64,000 nt of DNA, taken from Takakia lepidozioides (taxonomy: Eukaryota; Plantae; Bryophyta). This document shows, one piece after another, positions 10,739 to 23,400 of the stretch (position 1 is the stretch's first letter; every line of letters begins with the position of its first letter). A program made the translations under genes and the position numbers. The stretch lies in NCBI GenBank assembly GCA_030704615.1, contig CM060731.1, positions 35,340,001 to 35,404,000 of the forward strand, written 5' to 3'. A model generated the notes under the pieces. The model was given only the letters and a program-made list of their open reading frames with translations, had not been told where the DNA came from and did not search any database.

Positions 10739-13048
10739 TTATATTACCGGCACTTTGGTTACGTAGGATTCGTATACACTGTGGGTGTCACTTTGCGGAT
10801 GTTCATGCATGAATTTGTAGTAGTACGGGCTTTTCACCTTGCACGATTTGCTGCAGAACTCGTAAAGTGACATTTCTCCGAACTTGTGTGGCCTGCTTTG
10901 GTAGTCGATGCGGAAATTATATATAATCAACTTGTCGTTATGTTCGGATCTTTCGACTTTGAATGTTTCGAAGGTATTTCCGGGGTCGTTATCGTCAGGT
11001 GTGTTATTCAGATCATTGTTTCCATCTTCGTTCGATCGAAATTGTTCTTGTTCATGGATCCATGCCGATAAACTATACCACGGTAGATATGCAAACTGGT
11101 GGTCTGTCAAATGGTCTGGATATTTCATCAGATAACTGACTGCCCTTGTTGCCAATATCTCTTGTTGGGATCCAATCGTGTTCAAACATCAAATCAACAA
11201 TTTCCGGCACTTGTCGACTGAATGTTCGGAATATAGATCGTCATAAGTTGTTTGGATTTTTTTTTACGGCTATTTGCAAGAGCGAATACATGTGTGATGT
11301 GTAGACGGAAGATTTTGTGATGTAATCCGTGATGTAGTATAGCAGTGTCTTTGCGTCTTTCCCTAAAGCACCGATGAACTTCAAATCGTGGTTGCATCTT
11401 CCTGATACTAACATCCATGGATCTGCGTTGTTCAACCATCTGTCGGTTCGTTTTATGTGCAGCAGTCCGGTTTCGTCGTCGAAATGCGTTTCTTCAACCA
11501 AGACAGCAGGAAATCCGTATCTACAATTATTTTTAAAAACATCTTCGTTGGTTTTATAGCACGCGGGATTGCACACGTGGCGATTGCATACATTCAGTAG
11601 TTTCGAGACGTCGCGCGCAAAGTCGGTATGAAATGTTTTAGAGTTAACATCGGGAGGTCTGGTAGTGCATGGATGGATTTCGGTGTTTACATTGTTTTCT
11701 TCGATGTCGGGGTCAATGGTAGTGGTTGGAATGTCGTCGTCAACCGGTATTTCGGATTTGAATTGGATCAAGTCGCGTACTATGATGCTGTCCAAATATG
11801 CCAACATTTTTCGTTTGAATTCTTCGTCGTCTTTCAGTTTTTGTACGAGTTTGTTTGGATTTGGGGCATTTTCTAGCCACAACAATGTGTGTATGTGAAG
11901 TGAACCATTTTTCGCCGTTTCGTAATAACCGTAATATGCGTTAATGTTCCCAAGTACTCCCGTATTTGTTGTGGAAGTTTTGGTGGTTTCTCTGACATGT
12001 AGTAGGTATTTAAAAACTGCATTCACGATGATGTGTATAAATTCAGCTTGAGATCTTGGATTCGTAGTGACAATTACACGTCTTTCATTGTGGTCCGGGA
12101 GGTTTTCGTCGAAAAAAATGTCAAGATTGATGTCGTTCCCACTTAGCAGGGACACCAGAGGATGATGTACAAATGCTGGATTTAAAGTGAAGAATAAGTT
12201 TGGTGTTCCCAACTGTTGCATCATGCTGAATATTTTGTTTCTCTGTGTTGTGCGGCTGCTTCCAGATGCCATCACTTGTTTACTTAATACTTTCAAGTGA
12301 CGCAATAACTTTCGAATTTCTGGTTTGTTGTTTATTGTTGTCACGTCGTCTATTATGTCGTTGAAGTCTTCTGAATGGATTTTGTTGAGGAGTTGTGCTT
12401 CACTTTGAAATGATGATCTCGACACTGTCAGTTTTGCGCCCAGACATATTTGTCTACGTTGCATCAGATTGAACATGAAGAATGGAAATAGGTGGTGTTT
12501 CGAAAAGTCGTGATGGATATCAGTGAGACTCATCAAATACTCAACATGGGCCTCTAAAGTTACTTTGATTGGGCGGTTTTTCATTTCGGTTACGCCGATT
12601 CCAAACGGAAATAACGTTGGAAACATGCATGCGATTAGTTTTGGGTTTACGTATTCATTCACCATTTCGGTTTCGTGTGTGTATGACAAGTACATGTTTT
12701 GTTGTAGTTGCAATCCATTTAAAGCGTTGGAGATTAGGTCGTCGTGCTTTATGTCTATTCCGTCGAAATCGATGAGTCCGGAGGTGTCTATGACGGGCTG
12801 GATCGTATCGTTGTCTTTGTTGATTGGTGTTTTTTTGTTGTGCAAATCTGTTATGTTGGTATGATGTTCAGCGTGGCGAAATCAATGTCAGTGGATTCAA
12901 ACACCGATCTTAAGATTGATGGTGGAATATCGTTCTCTGGTAGTCCATCCAATATGTCATTATCAATTTGAATGTCCTTGTAACCCATGTGATTTTTTTT
13001 TAGCCACGTTAACCAGATCGTTACTGCAAGTCTATGTACGTATAGCAA
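10739..13048 (-). pseudogene. Helitron Rep (HUH endonuclease) region
   Basis: ORFs 12851-13048 ('WLTWLKKNHMGYKDIQID...LPENDIP'), 11241-12845 (HUH and YxxxY motifs) and 10739-11185 ('DYQSRP...MSLYEF'). Confidence 0.88.
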
Positions 13049-13165
13049 ATTACATGTTTTTACGACATGCGCTGAGTCTCACTAATTTTTTCATCTACAG
13101 AGGGCTTAACTCTGAGGTCAAGCAAACCTTGCTTTGCCGCATTATTAGACCTGCTTTGGTGTTGG

Positions 13166-14135
13166 TTCTGCCCATTCTCTTTCCTATTACAAGCAAACAT
13201 TCGCATAACTGCTGGCTGAACTCAGACATAAATGTTGTAAAGCTAAATTTTAATGTACCAGGATAAGCTGGATTTTTATGTACCTATTGTTGATCAACCT
13301 GTTCCACTTCCAAGAGCCGATGCAAGTTGATGGTGTACAATGCTTGCTTGCAAATATTTTTGGAATGCTTCCTTCTGTGACTTACTTGCCTACACACACA
13401 TGTCAAGTCATCATCTAATTGGTGTGATTTCCTTGTGTGATATACATTTGTGTCCAACAACCTGTTTGTTTTTTTTTTTTCTTGTTGATCTTGCCATATG
13501 AGACAACTACATTCTGCCCATTCTCTTTCCTATTACAAGCAAACATTCGCATAACTGCTGGCTGAACTCAGACCTAAATGTTTGAAATGTTGTTTATGAT
13601 TTATGGAGCTTAAGAAGTTTTTCACTAGGAGAATTAGAAATCCTTACTCTTACCAGGAGAGTCAGATTGAAGAAGCAACGTCGTCAGAGATTGGGACGCT
13701 GCCTAATTAAGCCTCACAAGGATTATCAACGTTCGTACTACCAATGGCAAAATGAGGGAAAGCTACAGTCTTCGATGAGAGCTCTCAGCTTGCAAGGTGA
13801 ATGATGGCGGGAAACGCAGAGCTCCTGCAGTTCAAGAATTACAACTACTTCAAGAATTTGCTGCACTCAAACAGCCATTGCAGCAAATAAGACGGCTGTT
13901 GATACACAAAAATGTTTGAAATGATGTTTATGATCTATGGAACTTAAGACGTTTCCCACTAGGATGATCAGAAATGCTTGGTCTTACCAGGAGAGTCAAA
14001 TTGAAGAAGAAACGTCGTCAGTGATTGGGAAGCCACCTAATTAAGCCTCACAAGGATTATTAACGTTCGTTGCAAAGTGAACGATAGCGGAAAACGCAGA
14101 GCTCCTGCAGTTTAAGAACTGCAACAACTTCAAGA
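13166..14135. repeat. Local direct duplications (13166-13236 ~ 13512-13582; 13576-13857 ~ 13910-14135)
   Basis: Near-identical 70-bp pair TTCTGCCCATTCTC...CTCAGAC and a diverged ~230-280-bp pair. Confidence 0.75.
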
Positions 14136-15029
14136 ACTGCAACAACCGGGCAGACCCTGCACGCTCTGGGAAAATTTGGTGTTTTGGGCATTCTCGGGCG
14201 GGCAGTCCGGGCAGGGACCAAACAAAAATGTAAAATACACATCTGTTGTTTTGTTGTTTCGCGCAAGAAAAATGGCATAGTGTTGCCAAAGTTGAACCAA
14301 TCAAAATGCTTATGTGAACCTTGAGTCCTACACCCAAATCATATTTTTGGGGAATTTTATCAAAATATTTTTTGTCAAGTGGCAAAAAGTAAGCAGTCTT
14401 GGGCCAGCAGACCGATTGACTCACTAATAACAAACTACTCTTTGTCACATTTGGATTCATAATGCACTTGCATGGATATTGACAAAGTCCATATTAGGCA
14501 TCCTCCATCCCTGTTATGTGTTATGAACCCACTCTAGAAACTCTTATAGGCATACTTATGACAGATCGTTACAAAATCATAGTAAATCCAAAAAATATAT
14601 TTCTTCTCACGGTTAATAAGCATGCAAATGCCATCATGCCACAATTGGTAGAAATTCCGACAGCAATGCTCAGGGAACTTTTTAGTTTATGAATATCCTG
14701 CCAGAAATATATAGACACCAAGCTGTATTGATTATTGTTCAAACACTATGGCTGCCAGTCGATAGAGTATGCAATTCCGTTGCAATGTGCCAAAGCCATG
14801 ACCAATGGGCTATGGCTTCCCATGACCAAGATGTCAGGACACTCTCTTTGAACTTCCTTGCATATCGTACTCTTTATATCTCCTTGCTTCAACCAGTCTT
14901 CAAATTCCAACTGTCTTTAAAGAAAACCCACACATGAGAAAAGTATTGTGTCCAGCTCTCTTGTTCACAGCATTTGCGACACCTACGAGGGTTAAACTGA
15001 TGTTTTCATTCAATGTACTAACACCCAGA

Positions 15030-15190
15030 CCATGGACCTTTTTCCCCTTTTCCAGAGCTCCCAGGCTTAATGCACACGCATTGCAAACACAAACAAATGT
15101 GATGTGGTTGGGCGTTACCCCTTTGCGCATCATTTGCTCAAAGGTCTCCTCTATCCCGCACCCTTGCTGTGCATATCCATTTCCATCAAG
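15030..15190 (-). pseudogene. PPR fragment
   Basis: 'NGYAQQGCG...[38 protein letters not shown]', similar to the PPR relics at 1-1380. Confidence 0.75.
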
Positions 15191-15552
15191 GTAATATCTA
15201 CTAGGGCTTCGCGTTGCTCCGCACTACTAGCGACGACTTCTGATAAGGACGTCCGGACGGACGGGCCATACTCGGGGATCATGAGAGAGAGTACGGATCA
15301 TGTAGCCTGCCAAAATGTCGGTGACACAGTTCCGATTGGTGGGGGAGGGGTGGGGGGAAGTTGGAGGGGTTTTCCATGGGTCGTCTTGGTACAACAAGTA
15401 GATTTGGACTATGATAAATCAGTATTTTTTTATTATCCATTGTGAGCATGCATTGGGACAAAATATAGACTTTTTGAAGAGGAGAAGGAGGATGGTCTTT
15501 ATAAAATATGGTGGCCCTTACATGGAACGTTTAGATTTGTCTAATTTAAGCT

Positions 15553-16180
15553 CTACCAAGCTATGCTTTTGCTCCAGTTGTCGTCGTTCGACTTTGTCTC
15601 ATCTCGTGCTTTGGCCAACAGTTTGACCCCTTTTAGTTGGAATGAAAGCCCGTGTTTCTTGTGACGGAAATTCATCCAATATCGGATGTTACACTTGACT
15701 TCAACGAGATCCCCTGAACGTACGGATTCTCCATCCATTTTTTGGCAATTTTCGTTAAGGACTTCTATTGTATTGTACATCTCGTCGTTGTTTGTTTTTT
15801 GACGTTTGTTGTTACCGGACGTCGAGCCAGAGTTGTTTGCGTTAGTTTTTAGGAGCTTTTTCATGAAGCTCATGTTGTTTCCACCCATCCACGTCGTGTC
15901 CTCGTTTCTCTTCCTTCAATTGTCGAACCATTTTGAATTGTATTTGTGTAGTTGAACAAAAATGGTTGTCTTCTATGAATATTGTGAATTTTGCGTCTTT
16001 TAGTTCTTCGGCGAAAGTCACGAATCTGTAATTCCCGCTTTTGCCAAGGTAGGGGAATTTTGCAATACCTACGAAGATTGCTATTTCTTCACGGTCCGAA
16101 GGGACGTTCCACAAGGCGCTTCGGAAGTTTGTAATGTAGGGCAGGCGCTTCCATGTGTTCCCCACCTTTAGGGCATGATG
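15553..16180 (-). pseudogene. Putative OB-fold ssDNA-binding protein (T7 gp2.5/viral SSB-like), frameshifted
   Basis: 'GIAKFPYLGKSGNY...KFTIFI' and 'ESVRSGDLVEVKCNIRYW...KHGLSFQLKGVKLL', then a short tail ending in an aromatic residue. Resemblance judged by eye only. Confidence 0.35.
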
Positions 16181-16189
16181 GTCATTGGA

Positions 16190-17914
16190 CTGTCGTATAT
16201 CACGTTTGTCATTTCTTGGTGGGTTATTTCCTGGATTTGTTGGTCCCTCGCCACATTGTCCTTGACCTTGTGTCATGACCCATGGAGGATTTGACCGACC
16301 ATCAACCCAAATGGACCTCTTGTGTGTGCTGCTTGTGTCTATAGTCAGGTAATGTCGGATTGGTCTGTGAGAACCACCACGGTGCAGTTGAGCGGGCAAA
16401 GATTGACACGGCCTGCTAAGACCAAGCTGACTCTCCCAAGAACCTTATAAACATCATGCAGAATACCAAATCAGGGTACTAACAGGAGCCAAGAGCCCAC
16501 ATTTGCAGGATGGACAAACTTCTTCACATCGTACATTAAGAAAAAGCCACACCTTTAGTGAGCCTGTGGCCACTCAGTTTGCTGCCATGCAGGCTCATCA
16601 ACAGAGATGGCAGCCTCAACACAGCCAAGGAACAACAGGGGGTAACAATAGAGGTCGAACCCAGACTGGGCAAGCTTATGAGGGCAATCGTGCTGCCTAT
16701 TACATTTGTGGGTCTTTTGAACACTGGACGAAGCATTGTCCAGACAGAGCAGGGCTACCAAAGCTGATCAAGAACAAGAAGACAGCTAATGGCTCTTCCC
16801 CTCCTTTAAACTAGCACGATCTCTTGGGAAGGGGGCAAGAGGTCCATCATCTACCAACCCAGTTTTTTCTGTTCCAATTCAGGCTGTTCTATCTACTAAC
16901 TTCAAAGCTTTGCAGTGTCCTCTCAGTAGGCAGATTGCTGGCCAGTAGATCAGTCCCCTCATGGCGGAGTGCCATATCCATGAGCTCATCTTTCCCTGTG
17001 TGGTTGGTACTGGATGCACTATATCTGCCATACCTTTGAGTGTTGTGAGAGTTCTAGGTCTTAAACTATGCCCTGCCACAGGTATTGAGGTGCTTATTGC
17101 AGATGGATCCAGGTATGAGCCCTTAGGACTAGTCACTGTTCCCATCAAAATTCATAACAAGGAGGTTTTGGTTACCTGTATAGTTACCATTGGAGATCAA
17201 TTCCTTCTAGGCCTTGACTGGATGACCGGAGCTGGTGCCACCATCAGCCTAGCAGACTACTCCCTTCGCTTTACCAATGGAGCAGGGCATGAAGTAGTGG
17301 TTCCCTTGAAAGCCGTGAAGATCAAGGTTGGGTCTGCTACAGCCAATTTGTCTAGAGTCCATGCCCTGGTAAAGGAGGTACAGTAGAACTCTCACTCCAA
17401 CCTCAATTGGAATGATTTCTACAAGTTTCAGCCTGATCTTCAACTCTTATATCAGTGGCATGTTCCTGGTGCTAGGGATAGGACAGGGGTGCCCATAGCT
17501 ATTCCAAAGAATTCTACTCTAATTCGTGCACCTCTCAACATCACCATCCCTGCCTTGACCCAAAGGGTGGTCAAGTCTGGTCTGGCTTTCTTGTGTCCCG
17601 CTGCGCATTTCCTAGAAGTTGAGGATTGGAGGAGATTGACTGCCCTTAAGCACTGCCTGGTGGCCACTGGTGTTCTTGATAGAGGATATAGACAGGAGGT
17701 CAAGATCCTGATTGCTAATCCTGAGCGCTTCCCTGTGACTATTAAAAAGGGGCAGGTTTTGGCTTGCATCACTGCTCTTCCCATTGCTGACATAAAAGAG
17801 GTGCAGGCTGGTTTTGGTCTTTAGGCCATTGGCATCCAACATGGCCCCTTAGATACGGTTGCTGCCTTTGCTGCAGTTGCACCACCACATGTTCCTGATC
17901 TCAGCCTAGGAGGT
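16190..17914 (+). mobile_element. LTR-retrotransposon fragment: gag zinc knuckle, aspartic protease, dUTPase-like domain
   Basis: Degenerate CCHC 'YYICGSFEHWTKHC'; retropepsin 'CVVGTGCTISAIP...FLLGLDWM'; dUTPase-like 'TIPALTQRVVKSGL...VATGVLDRGYRQEVKILIAN...IKKGQVLA'. Cut off by the TIR element at 17915. Confidence 0.75.
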
Positions 17915-20900
17915 GGGGGTTGCTATTCCATGAGCACATGAGCCATGAGCGGGCATGGCTCATCCATGAGCCGCAAAGTAACACACTTCGAATTTCGGCA
18001 GATTTTTTTCGAGCCCAAAACTATAAAATAATCGAAAGTAGTATAAGAAGAGAAGGTTTTCGAAGATTTCCGCGCTCATGCTGGAAGCACTCCGCTCATA
18101 AGTACCAGTGTCCGCTCATGACTTGGAGCCTCCGGAGTGCAGCCAATAACGGCGCCGAAATTGGGCCCCGGAAACCAAATACTCGGCTGAAGCCACCGGA
18201 GTGCAGCCGATAACGGTGCCGAAATTGGGGTCCGGAAACCAAATACCCGGCTGAAGGCTAGGGAGTGCAACTAATAACGGCACCGAAATTGGGCTCCGGA
18301 AACAAAATTCTCGGCTGAAGCTTCCGCAGTCCATCCAATAACGGCGCCCAAATTGGGCTCCGGAGAGCAAATACCCGCCTTACGGTGAGGGAGTTTTGCA
18401 AACTCTCCTGAAATTGGTGCGGATTTGTCTAATAAAAGCACACATGTCGGAGGAAATAGAAGTTCTGCCGCATACGACATTGGCAATGCAGCAATGATAT
18501 ATCCCTCTTCCGCCGGCCTCGCTCTCATTTTGCTCTTCACTCTTCTCTGTTGTGCCCATCTCCTCTCTGCTCTGAGTTCTTGCTGTGTCGTGAGGCCATG
18601 TCGTGCCCGAATCACATCTATCGACGCCAGACGGGAGTCATTGTCCCGAAAGCAGACGACATCATTGTCTTCCTAGATGTTTACAGGGACGATCCTCGAC
18701 TTGTCCAGCTGAGAGCAATGGAGTTTCTTCCAGGATTGCACGATTCTCCTTGGACTTCGGCTGGGGAGCAGGTGGTTCCTACACATCCTGGACCTGGACT
18801 TTCCGCTTGAGTGGGAGCCGAACAGATCATGCACAGCGTTGTTGTATCGTTGGAATTGTTGCGAGTGGACGTATGATGAGTGCATAGGTGAAAAATTCAC
18901 GCGTGGACGGACTGGCTCGGAAAGTGGGGACATTCTCTTCAGTTATGAGGATGGGGAGGAGGGGAACACAGGGCCCACTGTGAAAATGTCCTTCTACAAA
19001 GGGGGCGTTATCGATAAACACGACATCCTCGTTAGTTTCAACCGGGCGACAGAAACCGCTGACATTTTGTTCAAATATCGGCACCCGGTCACTCAGGAGG
19101 TCCTTGAGAGGCCAGTTCGAGTTCCTTCTTCTTGGGCGAGGGGACCATAGGTCATGCATGCTAGAGTAGACATGTTTCGACTCGCCGACACTCATGGTAC
19201 ATACATTTTGATTCAGAAATCAAGTAGCTTCCCTGTGCCATATGGGGAATATACATGCTTGGATAATCTTTTGTTAAGGTTTTTTGCAATTCACTGCCAG
19301 TATGCTGGGACGTGTCCTTTGTCGTATGGATTGTTGTTTGCACAAGGTGCAGTATGCAAATGCTGGAATGTGCAGTAGGACCCTTCCCACTGGGTCACAG
19401 AACTAGCAATCTTGTAAAGGCATCACATTTGCAGAACACTGACAATGTATTGGTAGCAAATTGGAGTCTTCTCATAAAGGTGGACGAAAACGCCAGGATG
19501 GGCTGCGAAATCACCACAAATTGAATGAAGAACAGTAACAAGGAAGCACTATGCAGTGTACAGACCAATAACGGCGCTAAAATAGGCCACAATACTCGTG
19601 TATCTCCACACAATATATGCTTTCCTCGGATCCATTTATAGACATAACCAAAATAAAAAAAACATGCCCATGCCATTCACGGCCAAAAACCACATTCTCA
19701 TGTATTGCGGCACCGAAATGCACCTGGAGCCATGGCGGTGCGGCACCACCAAGTGTATAATTCCTCACAAAAAAATAGGGTGCAAGAAGATGAATGTAAT
19801 ATAATTGCCACTTTCTCCTTCCCGAATGTGGAATGTCAAGCAGTCCGATCTGTATCCTGCCGTAGGGCCTTGTGCAGCTCGTTGAAACTCAGTGTTGGAG
19901 CATGGATGAAGACGTCCACTGCGGATATGCAACTCATGCGCTTCAGAAAAATGTAATAAAGGTGTTTGCAGGGGACGTATGTTGCATTCTTCGATTCCAT
20001 AACAAGGAAGTCCTCACAGTTGCAAGCTGGGTACTGAGAAACCGTGATTGCATACACGACACTGCGCGCAGCAGACTCGGCTATTGACAACTGAAATATG
20101 CGCCCCATCCCGGGGTGAGGAACATCCCTGCAACCTTGCACTATGCAGGGCATTGCAAGAGCGTTGGCCATCCTGGTGTCATTTGTCTTTGTTGGTGGCC
20201 GCCGTCTTTTCAGTTTCCCCCACCGATGGGTGGCCCAAGCTGCGGGGTCACCCACCGGTATGCGGGGCGAAGAGCTTCTCGTGGGAGGAGGATGACGACT
20301 AGGAATTGGATTTCGTGGAACGTCTGTCCTCTCCACCATTCAAAACCCTACACTTCCTAGAGCGTCTGCCTCCTCTAGGGTAAGATCTGTACCAGTTACC
20401 ACAGGCCAGACTGCTGGTGGTTCAGGCATGCCTTGTACACCATACTTGGGCTTGCCAAACACACACGACATGATGTCGTGCCTGCAGAACCAAAACTCCT
20501 TCAGTGTGGCCTCCACAAACTTTGCACACACAAATCTCTCTGTGAAGCAAGGGGCAGGCACACCGCCCTGTGGGCTCCTCCGAATCATCTCATTGCATCT
20601 CTGGTTGGTGTCGACACGAACAGCACAACATTTGCCACGAAATGACAGACGGGTCCGTGCAATTCTCCAATGCGAGGCCGACACATCTCACTCCACGATT
20701 GGAATGTTGTATTGGGTAACGATAATAGGAGCAGCATGCTCATCCTCGACATGCTGTCCCGAGTCTGGCAGCGATTCCATGGATGCTGCAGGAGAGGGGG
20801 TACGAGTCCTGCTGGGAAGAGGCGTGGGACGCAACATCGTTGCGCCCCGAGGTTGAGTGTTCCCCTCCTCCTCATCCTCATAACTGAAGATAATGTCCCC

Positions 20901-22127
20901 ACTTTCCGAGCCAGTCCATCCACGCATGAAGTTTTCACCTATGCACTCATCATACGTCCACTCGCAACAGTTCCAGCGATACAGCAACGCTGTGCGTGAT
21001 CTGTTCGGCTCCCACTCAAGCAGAAAGTCCAGGTCCATGATGCGCAGGAACCACCTGCTCCCAGCTGGGGTCCAGGAGAATCGTGCAATCCTGGAAGAAA
21101 TTCCATTGCTCTCAGCTGGACAAGTCGAGGATCGTCCCTATAAACATCTAGCAAGACAATGATGTCGTCTGCTTTCAGGACAATGATGCTCGTCTGGCGT
21201 TGATAGATGTCATTTGGGCACGACATGGCCTCACGACATAGCGAGAACGCACAGCAGGGAGGAGATGGGCACAGAAGAGAAGAGTGAAGAGCAAAATGAG
21301 AGCGAGGCCGGCGGAAGAGGGATATATCATTGCTGCACTGCCAATGTCGTATGCGGCAGAACTTCTATTCCTCCGACATGTGTGCTTTTATTAGACAAAT
21401 CCGCACCAGTTTCAGGACAGTTTGCAAAACTCCCTCACCGTAAGGCGGGTATTTGCTCTCTGGAGCCCAATTTTGGCGCCGTTATTGGTTGCACTCCCGA
21501 GCCTTCAGCCGGGTATTTGGTTTCTGGACCCCAATTTCGGCGCCGTTATTGGCTGCACTCCGGTGGCTTCAGCCGAGTATTTGGTTTCCGGACCCCAATT
21601 TCGGCGCCGTTATTGGCTACACTCCGGAGGCTTCAGCCGGGTATTTGGTTGGCGGAGCCCAATTTCGGCACCGTTATTGGCTTCACTCCCGAGCCTTCAG
21701 CCGGCTATTTCTTTTCCTGTGCCCAATTACGACGTCGTTATACCCAACCATCCTGCACTTCTGCAACAGTACTATCCACGGTTATAGGTCGCCATTGCGT
21801 TTTCGGAGTCTGCAAACCCGGATCCTAATTCCGCTTGCGTCCCTTCCTCTGGGGTAATTTCGATGTCGTTATTGGCCAGAATGTTTTCTATGACCTGGCC
21901 TGGCGGTCCATGAGCTTGGGCTCCAAGTCATGAGCGGATACTGGTACTTATGAGAGGAGTGCTTCTAGCATGAGCGCGGAAATCTTCGAAAACCTTCTCT
22001 TCTTATACTACTTTCGATTATTTTATCGTTTTGGGCTCGAAAAAAATCTGTCGAAATTTGAAGTGTGTTACTTGGCGGCTCATGGGTGAGCCATGCCCGC
22101 TCATGAGCTCATGGAATAGCAACCCCC
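17915..22127. mobile_element. Long-TIR (foldback/MULE-like) DNA element with SWIM-finger ORF
   Basis: Ends GGGGGTTGCTATTCCATGAGC ... GCTCATGGAATAGCAACCCCC. Arms 17915-18969 and 20857-22127 are reverse-complement copies containing ~63-bp tandem subrepeats and CATGAGC motifs. No TSD seen. Confidence 0.85.
19836..21230 (-). pseudogene. SWIM zinc-finger protein gene inside the TIR element (in-frame stops)
   Basis: ORFs 20688-21038, 20340-20684 and 19836-20339 are collinear. SWIM 'YAITVSQYPACNCEDF...PCKHLYYIF'; Cys-rich 'CCAV..C..FWFC..C' upstream. Confidence 0.7.
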
Positions 22128-22760
22128 TGGCCAGAGCTCAGTCAACATCATGCCACTCTCCACCTTGTCAAAGTTAGGATTGAACATGACAGAGGAGTCT
22201 CCATTAACTATCAGACTGGCTGATCAACGACAGATAAGACCAGTGGGTCACATAGTGAATGTTCGGCTAAAGACCGGAGGCTATACGTACGTGGTAGATT
22301 TCCAAATCATAGATTTTCCCATTGATGAGTACTCCTACGCACTCCTACGCACTCCTACTAGGGAGGCCATGGTTGGTCCAGTCCCGAGCTCGAATGGACT
22401 GGGGGGCAGGTACCATCACTTATGGGATAAAACCTTACACGACTACAGTCACTTTTCTTTCGGGAGCAACTCACCATGAAACAGATGAGGATCGATATGG
22501 CAGTGGGAGGAGAATCACCCAAGATGGTGAAGGTTGGATTCCATTTGACAGTGGAACAGGCGGCAGAGTACCAGGCCTTGTTCAAAGAATTTAGAGACAT
22601 CTTCGCGTGGTCCTACACCAAGTTGAAGGGGGTGCCGTCTTATGTGGCCATACACTCTATTCCCCTGAATCCGGGAGCTACACCATGACGGCAGCGAGAA
22701 AGGAGGGTGAATCCCAATCTGGCTCTTCTCATCAAAGTAGAAATAAAAAAACTGCCGTAG
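22128..22760 (+). mobile_element. Ty3/gypsy protease and RT-linker fragment
   Basis: 'SSVNIMPLSTLSKLGL...IRLADQRQIRPVG...LLGRPWL' and 'LFKEFRDIFAWSYTKLKGV...HSIPLNPGATP'. Confidence 0.75.
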
Positions 22761-22989
22761 TGCAACTACCACAAACGGGCAGAGTTCAAGAAAACAAAAC
22801 TCGCGGCCTTCCTAAGGGCTCACTTAGCCTCTAATGGTAAGCCGGAACCCAATTTATCAGGATATGCCAAAAAGATAATTCAATCAATCCCGGAGAGGAT
22901 GTCAAAAATGCGGAAGAACCACTCACCCAATTGAGTCAGTGACATTGTTGGAGTGAACCACTCACCCAACAAAAAATTGTTGGAGTGAC

Positions 22990-23400
22990 ATTGTGTGTTT
23001 GCATTGCGGCCAACGAGGTCACCCCTTGGACAAATGTCCTCATAGACCAGTGGACCAGCCTACGTCGGCCACCATTCAACAAGTAGAGAGGAATTTGGAA
23101 GGGCAGCAAGCACCCTTCCTGGATCAGTATACCACTGAACCACCTAACCCTCTACCACACAAGCATAGCATGTATTTTGCTACTCCAACGTAGATAGCAC
23201 AACGGCCTAGGACAGATCAGGTAGGCCCATCATATTTTGGGGCAATGCAACTATGGGACAGGATTCCCGAGCAGCCTATTCAAATCCTACGGCTCAGATA
23301 GCCCAGGGTTCTTCTAATACGTGGTCTCCCCCTGAAGATGTAAGGGTGCAGGGAGGGCAGCAGGCGTCCACTTTGGCGCCACCCCAGCAGCAGACCAATA
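22990..23400 (+). mobile_element. Retrotransposon gag zinc-knuckle fragment
   Basis: CX2CX4HX4C 'CLHCGQRGHPLDKC' followed by a Q/P-rich degenerate stretch. Confidence 0.55.

Larger units (their letters stand above)
7613..13050 (-). mobile_element. Helitron (RepHel) with C-terminal Ulp1/C48-like protease, frameshifted
   Basis: Rep motifs 'MFPTLFPFGIG', 'PNLFFTLNP', HUH 'GSLHIHTLLWL' and 'YITDYITK'; Pif1 helicase motifs; protease region at 7644-8114. Candidate 3' CTAG|T at 7613-7616 is uncertain; 5' end not located. Confidence 0.9.

Noticed and set aside
4070-14222. Possible TIR pair (CCTGCCC...CCTGCC at ~4073 versus GGGCGGGCAG...GGGCAGGG at ~14195) enclosing MTase copy 1 and the Helitron
   Set aside because: Similarity is short and gapped and no TSD was found. 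It cannot be supported without multi-copy alignment.
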